Positions 33,153 through 43,634 of a DNA stretch of 64,000 nt are shown one piece after another. The position numbers and the translations under genes are program-made. Every line of letters begins with the position of its first letter. Within the stretch, counting starts at the first letter, position 1. The DNA comes from Paludibacteraceae bacterium (lineage in GTDB: Bacteria; Bacteroidota; Bacteroidia; Bacteroidales; Paludibacteraceae). Where the stretch lies: contig JBKEBE010000006.1 of the NCBI GenBank assembly GCA_047973025.1, positions 5,386 to 69,385 on the forward strand, in the 5' to 3' direction. Below the pieces are notes generated by a model, which was not told where the DNA came from, made no database searches, and saw nothing but the letters and a program-made list of their open reading frames with translations.

Positions 33153-33816
33153 TTTTACATTTTTCCTTATCCTTATTTCTTTCTTGCCTTTCGTCCAAAA
33201 GGCACGGAGTCAAACCATCTTGCTTGATCCTCCGGAAATATATATTGGTCCAAACTTCGGATTAACGGCTTCCCGTGTTTTATTCAATCCCAAAGTTCAA
33301 CAAACTTTTTTTTGGGGCTATAATGGCGGGATAACATTTCGTTATGTCTCCGAGGAGCATTTCGGCTTTCAAGTGGAAGCCAACTATTCACAGAGGGGGT
33401 GGAATGAAGAAGGAAATGTTTACGCAAGAAGGTTGGATTATCTTGAAATACCTTTTCTTACCCATGCGTATCTGGGTGAAAAAAATCGATTGTTTTTCAA
33501 TATCGGACCAAAGTTGGGGTATCTACTCGACGAAACCGTGCTTAATGACGACGGAGGCGACACCAACGCCGAACAACGCGTGAAACCGGCAGATTTCAAA
33601 TTTGACTATGGCATAACCGTCGGATTGGGGTATAATCTCAAAACACGCAAAGCCGGAATCTTTCAGTTTGAATTACGCGGTAATTACGGACTTTCGGATA
33701 TATTTGCCAATCAAAAATCGGATTTTTTTGATAACTCCAATTATTTAAACATATCGGCAAACATCGGTTGGCTTTTTCAACTTACAGGCAAAAAGAACCC
33801 GGATATGAATGAGTAG
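33133..33816 (+). CDS. Outer-membrane beta-barrel protein (PorT/porin-family-like)
   Basis: 227 aa with a signal peptide and alternating aromatic/Gly strands. It overlaps the upstream gene by 20 nt. Confidence 0.55.
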   Translation: MKQHRNSFTFFLILISFLPFVQKARSQTILLDPPEIYIGPNFGLTASRVLFNPKVQQTFFWGYNGGITFRYVSEEHFGFQVEANYSQRGWNEEGNVYARRLDYLEIPFLTHAYLGEKNRLFFNIGPKLGYLLDETVLNDDGGDTNAEQRVKPADFKFDYGITVGLGYNLKTRKAGIFQFELRGNYGLSDIFANQKSDFFDNSNYLNISANIGWLFQLTGKKNPDMNE

Positions 33817-34047
33817 TAACCGGTAAGTAGTATAAAAGATTTATTTTCATGTTTTGTTTCCATTAAAGACAAATGGAACACGCCATTAATCATATCCCCT
33901 TGTGTGTCAAAGTTTGTTGACGTAGCTGTTTCATCGATTAAACTCAAAACAGGATGGATAAATTAAGACTGAGATTCTTTTTTGCTATAGACTTGCCTAT
34001 TTCGGTTTCTCTCGAATCTTTTTTTTGATTTTAGAAATTTTTACAGT

Positions 34048-34740
34048 ATGAACCTAATTCATATCGAAACGTCCACGAATGTTTGTTCTGTGGCTGTCAG
34101 TCAAGATGGAAAATGCATTTTCGTTGCTTCCGACTCGGCAGGGATGAATCACGCGACTATGTTAAGTCCATTTATTCAGAAAGGACTGGATGCGATGAAA
34201 GCTGGAAATATTTTTCCGGATGCCATAGTCGTTAGTAGTGGTCCGGGGTCTTATACCGGTTTACGTATCGGAGTTTCAACCGCAAAAGGGCTTTGCTTTG
34301 GTTATGGAATCCCACTAATCGGAATCGACACGTTAAGTATTTTGACCCAAGCCGTCATTCTTAAACAGGCTGTCGAAACAAACGCGTTATTATGCCCGAT
34401 GATTGACGCGCGACGTATGGAAGTATATACTGCATTGTACAGTTCTGACCTAAAGCAGATTGAACCGGTTTCTGCTAAAATTGTGGGTGAAAATTCTTTT
34501 TTAGAGTTGCTGGATAAAAATACAATCTATTTTTATGGAAATGGCGCAGATAAATGCAAAGAAATCATTACCCATGCGAATGCCAAATTCATATCTGCAG
34601 TAGAACCACAAGCTGAAAATATGATAGCACTCGGAGAAGAGAAATTCATCAAACAAGATTTCGAAGATACCGCTTATTTTGAACCGTTTTATCTCAAAGA
34701 TTTTCAGGCGACTACTCCTAAAAATAGGTTTAAGAAATAG
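34048..34740 (+). CDS. tsaB: tRNA t6A37 threonylcarbamoyltransferase complex dimerisation subunit TsaB
   Basis: 230 aa with IETSTNVCSVAV and SSGPGSYTGLRIGVSTAKGL. Confidence 0.85.
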   Translation: MNLIHIETSTNVCSVAVSQDGKCIFVASDSAGMNHATMLSPFIQKGLDAMKAGNIFPDAIVVSSGPGSYTGLRIGVSTAKGLCFGYGIPLIGIDTLSILTQAVILKQAVETNALLCPMIDARRMEVYTALYSSDLKQIEPVSAKIVGENSFLELLDKNTIYFYGNGADKCKEIITHANAKFISAVEPQAENMIALGEEKFIKQDFEDTAYFEPFYLKDFQATTPKNRFKK

Positions 34741-35479
34741 AGTCAAAGATTACGGATACTTAAATTTCAATTGGTAAAGGCATCAAGACGGCGTAATAAT
34801 GCTTCTATCAAGCACTGACAGAGTATCTTCATTGCTTTTCCAATCTGTCGATTTATTTCGTTTACGCTTATCCTAATTTGGAGCATAATGATTTTGTGAA
34901 AATATTTTAATTAATCAAAACAAACAGCTTAAAAATTTGTTTTGTTAATATGTATTTCAGCAAACAAGTTTTCGATCTGTTTTATTTCTTATAACAACAA
35001 GATGTCCTTTTGAACATATATAGTTTCTCACGCTCGATTGGCTCGCTAAACGCACTGACATAGCAGATAAATTCTATCTCAAAATAATACACAAAAATCA
35101 TTCGAATAATTCTTTTACCCTACTTACAAAAACAAAAAAAATCACTAATTACAGTATGATTTGATAGCAAAATTTGAACAAATAGAACTGAAATTTTAAA
35201 TTTTACACGTTTATTTTTTATCAACCGTTGTATTTCTCAAAAATTATGATTTAATTTACATCAAATTTTAACTGATCAATTACCTTAATAATACAAAAGC
35301 TATAATATCAGCGTTTTTTTTTTGACTAAATAATATTTTTTTATAATTTTGCACAATCTTTGTTGTGTTAAATCATATGTTGTAACAATAACAGTTACAA
35401 CGTTTGGAAAAAAGACTGCTTGTTTTCTCAATAAAATTATTATAGATATATTAATTAATAAATTTAAATTTTTTAAGAA

Positions 35480-36640
35480 ATGAAAAAAAGTTTCTTCCTA
35501 AGTGTAGTAGTTTTGGCTAGTGCCTTAACTTACACAAATGCTCAAAATGCTACGACAACACCTGTTGAAGCGGCTCATTGGTCTGTTGCTCTAAAAGGTG
35601 GTATAGACTATTTCAACATCAAACCATTAGGAGATGATATCATGGATAATGGTTCTTGGGGAGCAGGTATCTCTATCGAAAGAACAGCCAACCCATTGGT
35701 TGGATATGGACTGAACGTAGATTTCTTGAATTATAACCGTTCTTCTATCGAAGGATATACTATTGATCCTACGTTATTCACTTCATTTAATCTTTCCAAT
35801 CTTCTTTATCCAAGTCGCAGAAACGCCAAAGTTAATGTTTATGCCAATTTAGGCGCAGGAGCAAGTATTGCTCAGTATGATAATGCGGATTTCGGTCTTC
35901 TTGGATATCCTGCAAGTGGGAGCAAAATCAGTCCGTTAGCAACAAGTGCTTTAGCTTTGGAAGCTAATTTGAGTAGAGTTCTTGCTTTAGGTCTTGAAGC
36001 CGGATACCGTGGTTATATTTCTCCGGAATCTCCTTATGTACATTATAATGATGCCTATACATTGATGGCTACTCTTCGTTTCAAATTAGGAACCGGAGCC
36101 AATACGCATGTTCGGGATATGACTCGCGATGATTATTATCCAGCTCCGCTACCTGTTATCTCTGAAAATAAATACGATGACAGCCAGTTGATTAATCGTC
36201 TTGATAACATTGACAGACAACTTCAAGATGTTCAGAATCGTTTGAGCAAGCTTGAACAAGATGTGAAAAACTTGGAAAATATGCCCAAAGGAACAACCGT
36301 TAGCGCTTCATTCGAAAATATTGAATTTGATTTTGACTCAGACGTTATCAAAGAAGAATCAAAATCGACATTAAATCAAGTGATCAGCATTCTAAAAGAA
36401 AATGATACTTGGAGCACAATCCGAATAATGGGTCATACCGACAATACCGGTTCTGATTCTTACAATCAAAATCTTTCAGAACGTCGTGCTGCTTCCGTAG
36501 CAAAATATTTGACTGAAAACGGTATTGCAACTTCAAAAATTTCAAGCGAAGGATTCGGCGAATCCAGACCAATTGCTACAAATGATACTGCCGAAGGACG
36601 TCAAGACAACCGTCGCGTAGAATTTGAAATTACAAAATAA
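35480..36640 (+). CDS. OmpA-family outer-membrane protein
   Basis: 386 aa with a signal peptide and a coiled-coil linker. The C-terminal OmpA domain reads GHTDNTGSDSYNQNLSERRAASV. A 739-bp AT-rich leader/intergenic region precedes it. Confidence 0.85.
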   Translation: MKKSFFLSVVVLASALTYTNAQNATTTPVEAAHWSVALKGGIDYFNIKPLGDDIMDNGSWGAGISIERTANPLVGYGLNVDFLNYNRSSIEGYTIDPTLFTSFNLSNLLYPSRRNAKVNVYANLGAGASIAQYDNADFGLLGYPASGSKISPLATSALALEANLSRVLALGLEAGYRGYISPESPYVHYNDAYTLMATLRFKLGTGANTHVRDMTRDDYYPAPLPVISENKYDDSQLINRLDNIDRQLQDVQNRLSKLEQDVKNLENMPKGTTVSASFENIEFDFDSDVIKEESKSTLNQVISILKENDTWSTIRIMGHTDNTGSDSYNQNLSERRAASVAKYLTENGIATSKISSEGFGESRPIATNDTAEGRQDNRRVEFEITK

Positions 36641-36660
36641 TCTTTCTTGATTCTTAAAAT

Positions 36661-36693
36661 AAAAAAGGTGTCCAATGACACCTTTTTTATTTT
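36661..36693. terminator. Bidirectional rho-independent terminator between the convergent ompA-family gene and aroA
   Basis: An A6 run, ggtgtc-caat-gacacc, then T6atttt. Confidence 0.75.
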
Positions 36694-36698
36694 ACCTA

Positions 36699-37913
36699 TC
36701 ACAGCACGATATTCTCTATATCTTTCCAAAAATCCGGATAGGATTTACTTACCACTTCCGGATTTTTTATTGTCATTGGTTGAATGAGGGCTACCGGCGC
36801 AAATGCCATCGCCATGCGATGATCTTCATAAGTTTCTATGTTGGGTAATTTCTCGGCCTTACATTTCTCCCCATCCCAGGCTAATTCCCCATCAACCGGT
36901 TCAGATAGAATATAGCCCAATTTTTTTAGTTCGGTAATAAGTGCCCGAATACGATCTGTTTCCTTTATTTTTAGGCTTTCTAATCCTACGAAATGAAACG
37001 AAATCCCTTTTAAACAACATGTAACTACCACGGTCTGTGCTAAATCGGGGATATTGGTAAAGTCAAATTCGTAATGTGTAATTCGCACTTTCCCGTTTGT
37101 CGTGAGGATAATTCCTTCCTTTCTAAATTTGGTTTGAATTCCAAAATTTTCAAAAATAGCTACAACTTCACTGTCGCCTTGCAAACTGTTTTGGTTCAAC
37201 CCATTCAATCTTATCTGTCCTGCTCCGGCTATAGCCAGTATTTCATACCAATAAGACGATGCCGACCAGTCGCCCTCTACAACATACGGTATTGGTTGGT
37301 AGGTTTGCGGACGAATATCAATTTTACTGCCGTTAAAGTCAACTTTAACGCCGAACTCCCGCATCATACCCTGGGTCATTTGTATGTACGGTTTGGAGAT
37401 GATTTTTCCTTTTAGATTGATTTTCAGTCCATCGAGCATACTTGGCGCGATCATCATCAATGCGGAAATATATTGACTACTGATATCGCCGTTTAAATCG
37501 ATAGCACCTCCGATAATGGCACTCCCGTATATTTTCAATGGAGGAAATCCGACCTTTTCAAGGTATTCCACCTTTCCGCCTAACGTATTCAGGGCTTCTA
37601 CCAGTATTTTTATCGGGCGATTTTTCATTCGCTCGCTTCCGGTAATTGTCCATTCGCCCAGCGTCTTTGCCAAGAATGCTGTAAGAAATCGCATGGAGGT
37701 TCCGGCGGCACCTACGTCAAAATGGGTGCTATTACTTTCAAAAGACTTTACCATTACTCGCGTATCATCACAATCCGATAGGTTTTGAATATCGTATGGA
37801 CTATATGACAAAGCATTCAAAATCAATACTCTATTGCTAATGCTTTTGGATGCGGGTAGCGTAATTGTCAGCTTAATATTTTCGGGGTCGAGTCGTATCT
37901 CTTTTGTATTCAT
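36699..37913 (-). CDS. aroA: 3-phosphoshikimate 1-carboxyvinyltransferase (EPSP synthase)
   Basis: 404 aa with LPASKSISNRVLILNAL and a typical two-domain EPSPS length. Confidence 0.85.
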   Translation of the reverse strand: MNTKEIRLDPENIKLTITLPASKSISNRVLILNALSYSPYDIQNLSDCDDTRVMVKSFESNSTHFDVGAAGTSMRFLTAFLAKTLGEWTITGSERMKNRPIKILVEALNTLGGKVEYLEKVGFPPLKIYGSAIIGGAIDLNGDISSQYISALMMIAPSMLDGLKINLKGKIISKPYIQMTQGMMREFGVKVDFNGSKIDIRPQTYQPIPYVVEGDWSASSYWYEILAIAGAGQIRLNGLNQNSLQGDSEVVAIFENFGIQTKFRKEGIILTTNGKVRITHYEFDFTNIPDLAQTVVVTCCLKGISFHFVGLESLKIKETDRIRALITELKKLGYILSEPVDGELAWDGEKCKAEKLPNIETYEDHRMAMAFAPVALIQPMTIKNPEVVSKSYPDFWKDIENIVL

Positions 37914-38111
37914 TTACTTATTCTTGGATTCCACTTGTAAATACAACTTTAGGCTACCGATAAGTAGTGGCAATACCTATTATTCTTTCAGCGATGTGAG
38001 CGAGAATATGTTTCTCTTTCGCTTAGCTGAACGGATAACGATTACGAGCTTTGCTCTTTTTGGTCCGTCCATAGAAAAAAGTTGCAGATGAGTAAACCTA
38101 TAACCGAAGCG

Positions 38112-38142
38112 CAAAGGTATGCAATTTATACGATGTTGCAAA
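38112..38142 (-). promoter_or_regulatory. Bacteroidota-type promoter upstream of aroA
   Basis: The minus strand reads TTTG, a 19-nt spacer, then TACCTTTG. It shares the 13-mer atttgcaacatcg with the tRNA-Gly promoter. Confidence 0.5.
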
Positions 38143-38287
38143 TACCGATGAGAATGAAAGCAATAGAGCGGACGCTATTGGAGTAAATAAAAGTACTGTG
38201 AGGGAAATAACGTGTATTTGTGAAGCCGTGCAATGGTAATTACAGTATGGAGTTTGCGTAACCCGTGCACAATACATTTGATTTGTC

Positions 38288-38432
38288 GATAAAAATGAAA
38301 CAACTCAATCATCTAACTTGACTCGCAAAGAGATGAATTAACAGCATGTTTACTGTTTGCTGACAGGAAAGTCAGATACCTGCTCATAAAAAAAGAGGCT
38401 GTCTTCGTTTTGAGACAGCCTCGGTTTATTTT
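38288..38432 (+). ncRNA. Candidate ~145-nt small RNA (predicted only)
   Basis: A TACATTTG -7 box lies at 38273-38280. An internal hairpin ctgac-aggaaa-gtcag is present, and a strong terminator lies at 38395-38432. No ORF longer than 23 codons is present. Confidence 0.25.
38395..38432. terminator. Orphan strong stem-loop flanked by A7 upstream and a T-rich tract downstream
   Basis: gaggctgtct - tcgttttg - agacagcctc. The plus strand continues ggtttatttt and the minus strand continues ttttttt. Confidence 0.6.
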
Positions 38433-38510
38433 CACAAAAAATACACTTCTTACGAATTGTATAACTGATACATCTAATTCTCGATTGTTCATAATATTTT
38501 ACCAAACAAT

Positions 38511-38541
38511 CTTGCAAACAACAACGAAAATACTACTTTTG
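38511..38541 (+). promoter_or_regulatory. Candidate promoter for the TPR gene
   Basis: cTTG, a 19-nt spacer, then TACTTTTG, ending 18 nt before ATG 38560. Confidence 0.45.
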
Positions 38542-38559
38542 TAAAAAAAAAGGATTATC

Positions 38560-39948
38560 ATGCGTAATTTCTCTTTTTTCATAGACGATGAGTCGGGGGA
38601 GCTAGTAAAGCGGTATGAAAAATATCTCTCCGGAGATGCTACCGGATACTTTGACGTGGATGAGATGGAGCGTATCGTAGAGTACTATTTGTCTTACGGA
38701 CGGACAAAAGATTCGTTACGGGCAGTAGAATTGGGGAAGAAATTACATCCGGCAAGTGACGGATTGGATATAAAACGTGCCAAAATCTATCTCGCGACTG
38801 GAGAGACCAACAAAGCTCTAAGGATTCTGACGAGCCTTGTCGAAGATTCCGATCCCGAGATAATTTTTCTAAAAATAGAAGCGCTTTCCAAGTTGGAACG
38901 TGTACATGAAGCGTTTGAACTTACCGAAGAATTGATTACCGAAACGGATGATGCTGATAAAGACGTAATCTGCATCGACTTGGCGATGATTTTTCAGAGT
39001 ATTGGAGATTTCGATTCTGCGCTCAAGATACTGAAAATAGGGGATGAACATCATCCGAAGAATATTGATTTACTCTTCGATATGGCGTTTTGTCAGGAGC
39101 AAAAATCGCTTTTGGAAGATGCCATGCAGACATACCAAAGAATTATCGATATCGATTCGTATGTCAGCGAAGCCTGGTTCAATCTGGGTCAGGTTCATTT
39201 TCTACGGAGTAATTTCGAAGACGCTATCGAAGCGTTTGACTATGCTTTGGTTATCAACGAGAAAGACAGTTTTGCATTAATTCAGAAAGCGCATGCGCAT
39301 TTCCAACTGGGACAATGGCAGGAAGCCATTGATATTTACCTTGAATATGCCGAGGTTATTCCCGATAAATGGCAGGTTAGGCTTTTTATTGGTGAATGTT
39401 ACGAGAAAAAAGAAAATTTTCCGAAAGCCCTTTATTACTACAAGCTATCTTACAAGGAGATGTCCGATAATTACGAAGCATTAATCGGAATAGCCATTTG
39501 TTTGCTCGAGTTGGAGCAGTTTGAAGAAAGTCTGGAATATATCAAAAAAGCACTTGAAATCGGATCGGAAATGCCGGACGCTTGGGTCTATCTTGCCGAA
39601 GCCAAAGTAGGACTTGGAGACTTGAAAAGTGCATTGGAAGCATATCATCAGGCAATCAGCATAGAGCCCAATCAGCCCGACACCTTGCTCGCAATGGGAA
39701 ATTTATACATGGACAGTGCCAAATTTCGCTCGGCGCTTAAATATTATGAATTAGCGTACAGCTACGATTCCACCTTGGAGTTTATTGAGCTTTTTATCTC
39801 CGTAGCAAGTTATTATACAGGAGATTATGTGCAAACCGCTCTTTATCTCGAATTGGCAATCCACCGCAATTTAGATGCGGCAAAGCTTTTTCTGGAACTT
39901 TGTCCGGATGCTCAAACACAATTTCAAACACTTCTTCAAGGAAACTAA
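38560..39948 (+). CDS. Tetratricopeptide-repeat protein
   Basis: 462 aa with repeated 34-aa TPR-like units (..AWFNLGQVHF..A..F..AL.., ..AWVYLAEAKV..). Confidence 0.75.
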   Translation: MRNFSFFIDDESGELVKRYEKYLSGDATGYFDVDEMERIVEYYLSYGRTKDSLRAVELGKKLHPASDGLDIKRAKIYLATGETNKALRILTSLVEDSDPEIIFLKIEALSKLERVHEAFELTEELITETDDADKDVICIDLAMIFQSIGDFDSALKILKIGDEHHPKNIDLLFDMAFCQEQKSLLEDAMQTYQRIIDIDSYVSEAWFNLGQVHFLRSNFEDAIEAFDYALVINEKDSFALIQKAHAHFQLGQWQEAIDIYLEYAEVIPDKWQVRLFIGECYEKKENFPKALYYYKLSYKEMSDNYEALIGIAICLLELEQFEESLEYIKKALEIGSEMPDAWVYLAEAKVGLGDLKSALEAYHQAISIEPNQPDTLLAMGNLYMDSAKFRSALKYYELAYSYDSTLEFIELFISVASYYTGDYVQTALYLELAIHRNLDAAKLFLELCPDAQTQFQTLLQGN

Positions 39949-39960
39949 AAATTGTAGGTA

Positions 39961-40704
39961 TTGATGAAACGATTTGGGTTAATAGGCTATCCTTTAGGAC
40001 ATTCTTTTTCAAAAAAATATTTTACCGAGAAATTTGCACGCGAAAACACCGATTCCGAATATGAATTATTTGAATTACGGTCGATTAATGATTTCCCTGC
40101 ATTGCTAAGGAGCCACCAACTTACCGGACTGAACGTAACCATTCCCTACAAAGAAAAGGTTATTCCTTTTTTAGACGAGCTGGACGAAACGGCAAGAAAG
40201 ATAGGCGCGGTTAATGTCATTCAATTTATTAAAAATTCCGATTCGCTTATTCTGAAAGGATACAATTCTGATGTTATAGGCTTCACGCAATCCATTTTAC
40301 CCCATATAAAACCCGCCCACGAAAAGGCGTTGATACTGGGAACCGGAGGCGCGTCCAAAGCAATTGACTATGCATTGCAAAGCATGAATATTCAAACAAC
40401 GTTTGTCTCGCGTAATCCGACTTTCAATCAACTGTCATACAGTAGATTAGATGAGTTGATATTGGCTAATAATTTAATCGTTATCAATACATCGCCGGTT
40501 GGGATGCATCCACACACCGACGAGTGTCCGCTAATACCGTATGAATATTTGACAACAGAGCATCTATTGTTCGATGTGGTATATAATCCGTCAGAGACTT
40601 TGTTTATGAAGAAAGGAAAAGAGCGGGGAGCGGTTGTGTTGAACGGGGAAGAAATGCTTGTCGGACAAGCCGAAGCGGCGTGGCGGATATGGACTAATCC
40701 GTAG
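39961..40704 (+). CDS. aroE: Shikimate dehydrogenase
   Basis: 247 aa with GLIGYPLGHSFS, LNVTIPYKE, GAVNV and LGTGGASKA. Confidence 0.85.
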   Translation: MMKRFGLIGYPLGHSFSKKYFTEKFARENTDSEYELFELRSINDFPALLRSHQLTGLNVTIPYKEKVIPFLDELDETARKIGAVNVIQFIKNSDSLILKGYNSDVIGFTQSILPHIKPAHEKALILGTGGASKAIDYALQSMNIQTTFVSRNPTFNQLSYSRLDELILANNLIVINTSPVGMHPHTDECPLIPYEYLTTEHLLFDVVYNPSETLFMKKGKERGAVVLNGEEMLVGQAEAAWRIWTNP

Positions 40705-40756
40705 TTTTAGGATTCAGTTGCTTTTCAACATTTAAACCAAACCAACTCCTGATACA

Positions 40757-41455
40757 ATGCAACTTTTTTATGCTCCCGATATTGCCGTAGAGCAATCTCT
40801 TTCTGAAGAAGAAAGCCGGCACGCGGTACGTGTACTACGTGTGAAAGTGAACGATGAAATCAATATCGTGGATGGGATAGGCGGACTGTACAAAGCTGTA
40901 GTAACCAACCCAAATCCAAAACGTTGCGAATTTGAAATTACCGATACAATTCAAAATTTCGCTCGTAAAAATTACCGCCTGCACATCGCCATTGCTCCCA
41001 CAAAAAATATCGAACGGTTTGAATGGTTTGTAGAGAAAAGTACCGAGTTCGGTATTGACGAGATAACACCTATACTGTGTCGATATTCGGAAAGAAAGCA
41101 ACTAAAGGTCGAACGGTTGAAAAAAATAATTATTTCCGCCGCCAAGCAGTCCCTTCAAGCAAATTTTCCAAAAATCAATCCGTTAGAAACTTTTGAAGCG
41201 TTTCTTTCGCGACAAACCGATCATCCGTGTTTCATCGCGCATTGCTACGAGGGAGCAAAACCCTTATTGTCGAGCGTGTATCAAATTGGAGACGACTGTA
41301 CCCTGTTAATTGGTCCCGAAGGCGATTTCAGCCAAGATGAAGTAGAAAGTGCCATTAAGTCCGATTATCAACCGATTTCACTCGGGCATAGTCGCTTGCG
41401 TACCGAAACTGCCGGAATAGCTGCCTGCCACACGATTGTTATGCTGAATCAGTGA
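40757..41455 (+). CDS. rsmE: 16S rRNA (uracil1498-N3)-methyltransferase
   Basis: 232 aa starting MQLFYAP.., with HAVRVLRV and LIGPEGDFS..E, which are typical of RsmE. Confidence 0.8.
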   Translation: MQLFYAPDIAVEQSLSEEESRHAVRVLRVKVNDEINIVDGIGGLYKAVVTNPNPKRCEFEITDTIQNFARKNYRLHIAIAPTKNIERFEWFVEKSTEFGIDEITPILCRYSERKQLKVERLKKIIISAAKQSLQANFPKINPLETFEAFLSRQTDHPCFIAHCYEGAKPLLSSVYQIGDDCTLLIGPEGDFSQDEVESAIKSDYQPISLGHSRLRTETAGIAACHTIVMLNQ

Positions 41456-41682
41456 TGGTTTCGTTAGGTTCAATTTAAGTTCGACTTTATGCTACTTGCA
41501 ATTTTACCAAGTTCTAAGAATGCCATTTTACAGGGTTTAAAATTAGCTCCCGATTTATTTACAAGTTTAACATTCTCTAAAATCCCGTTAATTGTTATTA
41601 AAAGTGTGTTTTAACATTTGAAATAATCGTATTTTTGTAGGCTGAAAAATAATATTTAATTTTCGTAGAATACACATTTAAG

Positions 41683-42669
41683 ATGGTGGATATTAAAGAA
41701 CTTAACGAGCGTATCGAGCGCCAAAGCGCGTTTGTGGATTCCATAACGATGGGTATGGATAAGGTTATCGTAGGGCAAAAACATCTGGTAGAATCACTTC
41801 TAATCGGCTTGCTGTCCGATGGACACGTATTGCTGGAAGGAGTGCCGGGATTAGCCAAAACGTTGGCAATTAAAACATTGTCAGACTTGATCAAGGCTGA
41901 TTTCAGCCGGATTCAGTTCACGCCGGATTTGCTCCCCGCCGATGTGATCGGAACGATGATTTACAGCCAAAAGAATGAAGATTTTCACATTCGGAAAGGT
42001 CCTGTTTTTGCAAACTTTATCTTGGCAGACGAAATCAACCGTGCGCCCGCAAAAGTGCAAAGTGCGCTACTTGAAGCCATGCAGGAGCGTCAGGTAACGA
42101 TCGGCGATAAAACTTATAAATTGGAAGAACCGTTTATGGTGCTTGCCACTCAAAACCCGATTGAACAAGAAGGTACATACCCACTTCCCGAAGCCCAGGT
42201 GGATCGGTTCATGCTGAAAGTAATCATCGACTATCCCAAGAAAGAAGAAGAAAAACTAATCATTCGGCAAAATCTGGCTAAAGAACAACCCAAAGTTACG
42301 CCATTACTCTCTCCAAAAGACATTGTTGTCGCTCGCGAAATAGTACGAGAAGTATATATCGACGAAAAAATAGAAAAATACATCATCGATATTGTTTTTG
42401 CCACCCGCTATCCACAAGACTATAAGCTGGAAAGCCTGAAAGAAATGATTGCCTTTGGCTCGTCTCCGAGAGCTTCCATCAATCTGGCACTGGCATCACG
42501 CGCGTACGCTTTCATCAAACGCCGCGGTTACGTTATTCCGGAAGATGTTCGCGCCGTGTGTTACGATGTACTTCGTCATCGTATCGGACTGAGTTATGAA
42601 GCGGAAGCTAATAATTTAACTTCCGAAGAAATTATTACCGATATTCTAAATACGGTCGAAGTGCCTTGA
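41683..42669 (+). CDS. MoxR-family AAA+ ATPase, first gene of the Bat aerotolerance cluster
   Basis: 328 aa with Walker A LEGVPGLAKT and Walker B ILADEINRA. Confidence 0.9.
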   Translation: MVDIKELNERIERQSAFVDSITMGMDKVIVGQKHLVESLLIGLLSDGHVLLEGVPGLAKTLAIKTLSDLIKADFSRIQFTPDLLPADVIGTMIYSQKNEDFHIRKGPVFANFILADEINRAPAKVQSALLEAMQERQVTIGDKTYKLEEPFMVLATQNPIEQEGTYPLPEAQVDRFMLKVIIDYPKKEEEKLIIRQNLAKEQPKVTPLLSPKDIVVAREIVREVYIDEKIEKYIIDIVFATRYPQDYKLESLKEMIAFGSSPRASINLALASRAYAFIKRRGYVIPEDVRAVCYDVLRHRIGLSYEAEANNLTSEEIITDILNTVEVP

Positions 42670-42732
42670 TGTCGCATTCTTACGTAAACGCACGAAATCA
42701 AACGCTTCTAAATTATTGTACGGTACGATTGA

Positions 42733-43599
42733 ATGGAAACCAACGAGCTACTAAAAAAAGTACGAAAAATTGAAATAAAGACACGGGGACTTTCGCAAAA
42801 TATCTTCGCGGGGGAATACCATACCGTTTTTAAAGGTCGGGGGATGACTTTTGCGGAAGTTCGCGAATACCAGTACGGAGATGATGTGCGTGCCATTGAT
42901 TGGAATGTTACCGCCCGATTTGGTCGTCCTTTTATTAAAATTTTTGAAGAAGAGCGGGAATTGACCGTTATTTTACTGGTCGATGTGTCCGGAAGTTTGG
43001 ATTTTGGCACATCCGGTCAATTCAAAAAAGAGATTACAACAGAAGTTGCGGCGACGCTGGCTTTTTCAACCATTCAAAACAACGATAAAGTAGGAGCCAT
43101 CTTTTTTTCCGATAAGGTAGAAAAATTTATTCCGCCGAAAAAAGGGCGGAAACATGTGTTGCATATCATTCGAGAGCTTTTGGTCTTCAAGCCCGGAAGC
43201 AATCAAACGGACATTGGAGGAGCCTTGAAATATTTTACCAACGCCATCAAAAAACGCTCAACCGCGTTTATCATATCCGATTTCATGGACAGTGGTTTTG
43301 AGCGGACATTGTCCATTGCGAACAACAAGCACGACATAGCGGCTTTGCAGGTTTACGACGTGCGTGAAGGCGAGCTACCCAATGTAGGGATGATAAAATT
43401 AAAAGATGCCGAAACCGGCGAACGTATGTGGATTGATACGTCCGACAAGCGGCTTCGCACATCGTATAAGCATCAGTGGAACGAACGTCAACTGCAATTG
43501 CAGAAGATATTCAAACAATCCGGAGTAGATTCCGTATCGATGAGTACGAAGGATGATTACGTACGCGCGTTGATGAAATTATTCAAACTTAGAGGTTGA
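42733..43599 (+). CDS. DUF58 protein (vWA-like, MoxR partner)
   Basis: 288 aa with REYQYGDD.R.IDW and LLVDVSGS. Confidence 0.85.
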   Translation: METNELLKKVRKIEIKTRGLSQNIFAGEYHTVFKGRGMTFAEVREYQYGDDVRAIDWNVTARFGRPFIKIFEEERELTVILLVDVSGSLDFGTSGQFKKEITTEVAATLAFSTIQNNDKVGAIFFSDKVEKFIPPKKGRKHVLHIIRELLVFKPGSNQTDIGGALKYFTNAIKKRSTAFIISDFMDSGFERTLSIANNKHDIAALQVYDVREGELPNVGMIKLKDAETGERMWIDTSDKRLRTSYKHQWNERQLQLQKIFKQSGVDSVSMSTKDDYVRALMKLFKLRG

Positions 43600-43634
43600 G
43601 CGTTTTTGGAAAATTGATTTTTGATTCAGAAAGC

